NCBI RefSeq assembly: GCF_009914755.1
Contig: NC_060929.1
Strand: one strand, 5' to 3'
DNA length: 64,000 bases
DNA from: the human T2T-CHM13v2.0 reference genome, Homo sapiens
A program made the position numbers and the translations under genes. Positions 60,671 to 64,000 of the stretch are shown here, piece by piece (positions within the stretch are counted from its first letter, which is position 1; every line of letters starts with the position of its first letter). Below the pieces are notes generated by a model. The model was not told the origin of the DNA. It did no database searches and worked only from the letters and a program-made list of their open reading frames with translations.

Positions 60671-61953
60671 CGGCCCTCCCTTCCTTCCTCCTTTTTCCTT
60701 TCCTTTCCTTTCCTCCTTTCCTCTCCTTTCCTCTCCTTTCTTTCTTTCGACAGTCTCCCTCTGTTGCCAAGGCTGGACTGTACTGCCGTGATCTCGGCTC
60801 ACTGCAACCTCCCGGCCTCGGGCTCCCATGATTCTCCTGCCTCGGCCTGCCGAGTGCCTAGGATTACAGGCACGCGCCACCACGCCTGACTGGTTTTTGT
60901 ATTTTTGGTGGAAACGGGGTTTCGCCGTGTTGGCCGGGCTGGTCTCCAGCTCCTGACCTCTAGTGATCCGCCTGCCTCGGGCTCCCGAGGTGCTGGGATT
61001 GCAGACGGAGTCTCGCTCACTCAATGCTCAATGTTGCCCAGGCTGGAGTGCAGTGGCATGATCTCAGCTCGCTACAACCTCCACCTCCCAGCCGCCTGCC
61101 TTGGCCTCCCAAAGTGCTAAGATTACAGCCTCTGCCCGGCTGCCACCCCGTCTAGGAAGTAAGGAGCGTCTCTGCCTGGCCACCCATCGTCTGGGATGTG
61201 AGGAGCCCCTCTGCCTGGCCACCCATTGTCTGGGAAGGGAGGAGCACCTCTGCCCGGCCACCCCGTCTGGGAAGTGAGGAGCGCCTCTGCCCGGCCGCCA
61301 CCCCATCTGGGAAGTGAGGAGCGCCTCTGCCCGGCCGCCGCCCCGTCTGGGAAGTGAGGAGCGCCTCTGCCTGGCCACTGTGCAATCCTCCAAGTGTGAA
61401 GTGACAGCCTTTCTGCAGGTGTACCCAACAGCTCCGAAGAGACAGCGACCATCGAGAACGGGCCATGATGATGATGGTGGTTTTGTCGAAAAGAAAAGGG
61501 GGAAATGTGGGGAAAAGAAAGAGAGATCAGATTGTTACCGTGTCTGTGTAGAAAGAAGTAGACATAGGAGACTCCATTTTGTTCTGTACTAAGAAAAATT
61601 CTTCTGCCTTGGGATGCTGTTAATCTATAACCTTACCCCCAACCCCGTGCTCTCTGAAACATGTGCTGTTGTCAACTCAGGGTTAAATGGATTAAGGGCG
61701 GTGCAAGATGTGCTTTGTTAAACAGATGCTTGAAGGCAGCATGCTCCTTAAGAGTCATCACCACTCCCTAATCTCAAGTACCCAGGGACACAAACACTGT
61801 GGAAGGCCACAGGGACCTCTGCCTAGGAAAACCAGAGACCTTTGTTCACGTGTTTATCTGCTGACCTTCTCTCCACTATTATCCTATGACCCTGCCACAT
61901 CCCCCTCTCCGAGAAACACCCAAGAATGATCAATAAATACTTAAAAAAAAAAA
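60671..61953 (+). mobile_element. SVA (SVA_A-like), full domain structure
   Basis: Pyrimidine-rich 5' repeat, Alu-like domain, short VNTR (ccccgtctgggaagtgaggagcgcctctgcccggccg), SINE-R, AATAAA plus A tail. TSD aatactcta. Contains the SVA_A-type tgtgcaatc...aagtgtgaagtgacagcc segment. Confidence 0.95.
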
Positions 61954-62019
61954 TACTCTAATGCAAGTAACACGTTTTCAATTCAGGGAATTTAATCACT
62001 TTTTTTTTTTTTTGGCTAG

Positions 62020-62490
62020 TGTAACTAAAATGCAGGGAAGACCTGCTTGAAGGCTGGCTGATCCAGCCGTCCAACAGATGTTTCCATCAAGGACTTTGTT
62101 TTTGTCTCTTCACTCTGCTATTTATAATACAAGCTACCTCCCAAGGCCAGATGCTCTAGTGCTAAAAGAAGACTGCAGCCACAATCAGAGTTACATGGGA
62201 AAGTTTAATACTTCTGTCTCAGAATTCTAAGCAAGAGTTCTGAAATTTACCCTGTTTAGATTAGTCTAAATCACATGACCATGCAGAATCAGTTTCTGTG
62301 GCCAGGAAAACGGAATGCCTTTAATAAGTCTAATAGGCCCCCACCAAAGCTGCTGTAGGTGAGGCACTCTCCTTCAAAGAACACAGGCTATGTGCATGTG
62401 GGGAAGGACAGTAGATACTGGAATGAAAATACAGGTAGTTATCATGAAAAGCAAAATTACTGTGGAAGTAGCCAGAGTGTTCACTAGATG
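62020..62490 (-). mobile_element. Old MaLR LTR (MLT1-like)
   Basis: ggctgatccag...catcaaggac...gattagtctaaatcacatgacc...tctgtggccagg. Confidence 0.5.
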
Positions 62491-63263
62491 TTTGCAATGA
62501 AGACAGTCATCACCAAATACTATATACCATATTGCCCATTTAAAAGAAATGTATTAGAATTATTCTATTTATAAACAAAAGACAAAGTTGTCTCCCAAGA
62601 CTAATTCTACTTAATGTAATACTAAAAATGCTAGCATAGTTTAAAAAGATTAATACGTAGAAAATGAAAATATCAATTTTAAGGTCTATTTATTTTCTTT
62701 TTTAAGAAAATAGTACTTTTTAATTGTGGTAGTAGTGCTGAGGACAAGCAGAGAAGATGAGGGGTATTATCTGCCAGGTTTTTAAATCTATGGCATTGGC
62801 AATCATAAACCACACGGTATTGGGTTAAAAACATTATCAACAAATAATTCAATCTTTCTTTAGAAATGCTATGCCAAACTTAAGAATTCAAGGTACCATA
62901 AGTCTAATTAACAATAATGAAAAGAACCACTCAAAAAGTATTATTATTGGCATTCTTTGGCTTCAGCTCCTGAAAAACAGAGCACCAAGAGGGTTTTCAG
63001 GACCCAGTATACAAACCACTATCTATAGGCCTCCCCTCACTCTCCACACACCCTTAACTAAGTGCACAGTCCTGGAAACAGGTAGGGCTGAAAGTCTCCC
63101 CTCTCCACCAGGGAAAAACTCTGGGTTGTCTAAGGTATATATGTACATCATTCTATACAAGGCAGAAGAAGATGATTAAGTGAGTGAGTGTGGGTCTGGA
63201 GCCTCACACCCTCTTTTTTTCTTTTGCTATTTATCTTGGAGACGCTTGTTTAAAAAGACAAGC

Positions 63264-63646
<383 letters not shown>

Positions 63647-63752
63647 TTAAGAAGTCTATCAAGTATTGGAGAGGATGTGGGTCAATGAAAGGAATTCCCA
63701 CATAATGCAGCTGGGAACATAAAAGGGTACAATCCCTTTGGAAGTCTGGCAT

Positions 63753-64000
63753 TGCCAGCGACTAAATGTTTGTGTGCCCATCCCTTCCTCCCAACCCCAA
63801 TGCCCCAATTCATATATCTTAACGTTCAATGTAACGCTATTAGGAGATGGGGTCTTTGGAAGGTAATGAAATCAAGAGGGTGGAGCCCTCATGAATGAGA
63901 TTAGTGCCCTTGTAAAAGAGACCTCAGAGAGCTCTCCAGATCTCTTCCCACCACTCGAGGATACAATGAGAAGACAGCAGTCCTCAACCCAAAGAGAGCC
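63753..64000 (+). mobile_element. MaLR LTR (MLT1A-like), runs off window end
   Basis: gagggtggagccctcatgaatgagattagtgcccttgtaaaagagacc. Confidence 0.85.

Noticed and set aside
61130-61378. About 37-40 bp repeats that superficially resemble a CRISPR array
   Set aside because: This is the SVA VNTR: tandem units, no unique spacers, no cas genes, primate DNA.
60668-61929. Overlapping GC-rich ORFs and a CpG-island-like signal
   Set aside because: Fully explained by the SVA. Not the TBCA promoter.

Overview
Hominid (most likely human) genomic DNA lying entirely inside the TBCA gene (tubulin folding cofactor A), which is transcribed from the minus strand. The only protein-coding sequence I can support is TBCA exon 2 (8835-8940, 106 bp, AG/GT-bounded). 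Positions 1-8834 are intron 2 and 8941-64000 are intron 1; exon 1 lies beyond the window end. The rest is mostly transposable elements: about 27 Alus or Alu fragments, old L1M/L1PB/L2/MIR/CR1 pieces, a near full-length Tigger1, several MER DNA transposons, MaLR/ERVL LTRs, and an SVA_A. There is also a MER4-type provirus in the same orientation as TBCA, whose 5' LTR holds a three-level LTR nest (MER4 > LTR9-like > LTR2B-like). The most interesting non-repeat signal is a CpG-retaining, homeodomain-motif-rich block at about 25.6-26.8 kb with a tight cluster of palindromes/hairpins; I infer a conserved developmental enhancer, possibly acting on the neighbouring OTP homeobox gene. Repeat family names are recognised by eye and need RepeatMasker/Dfam confirmation. 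I see no prokaryote-type system (CRISPR, operon, defence island) and no evidence for a wholly new biological system.
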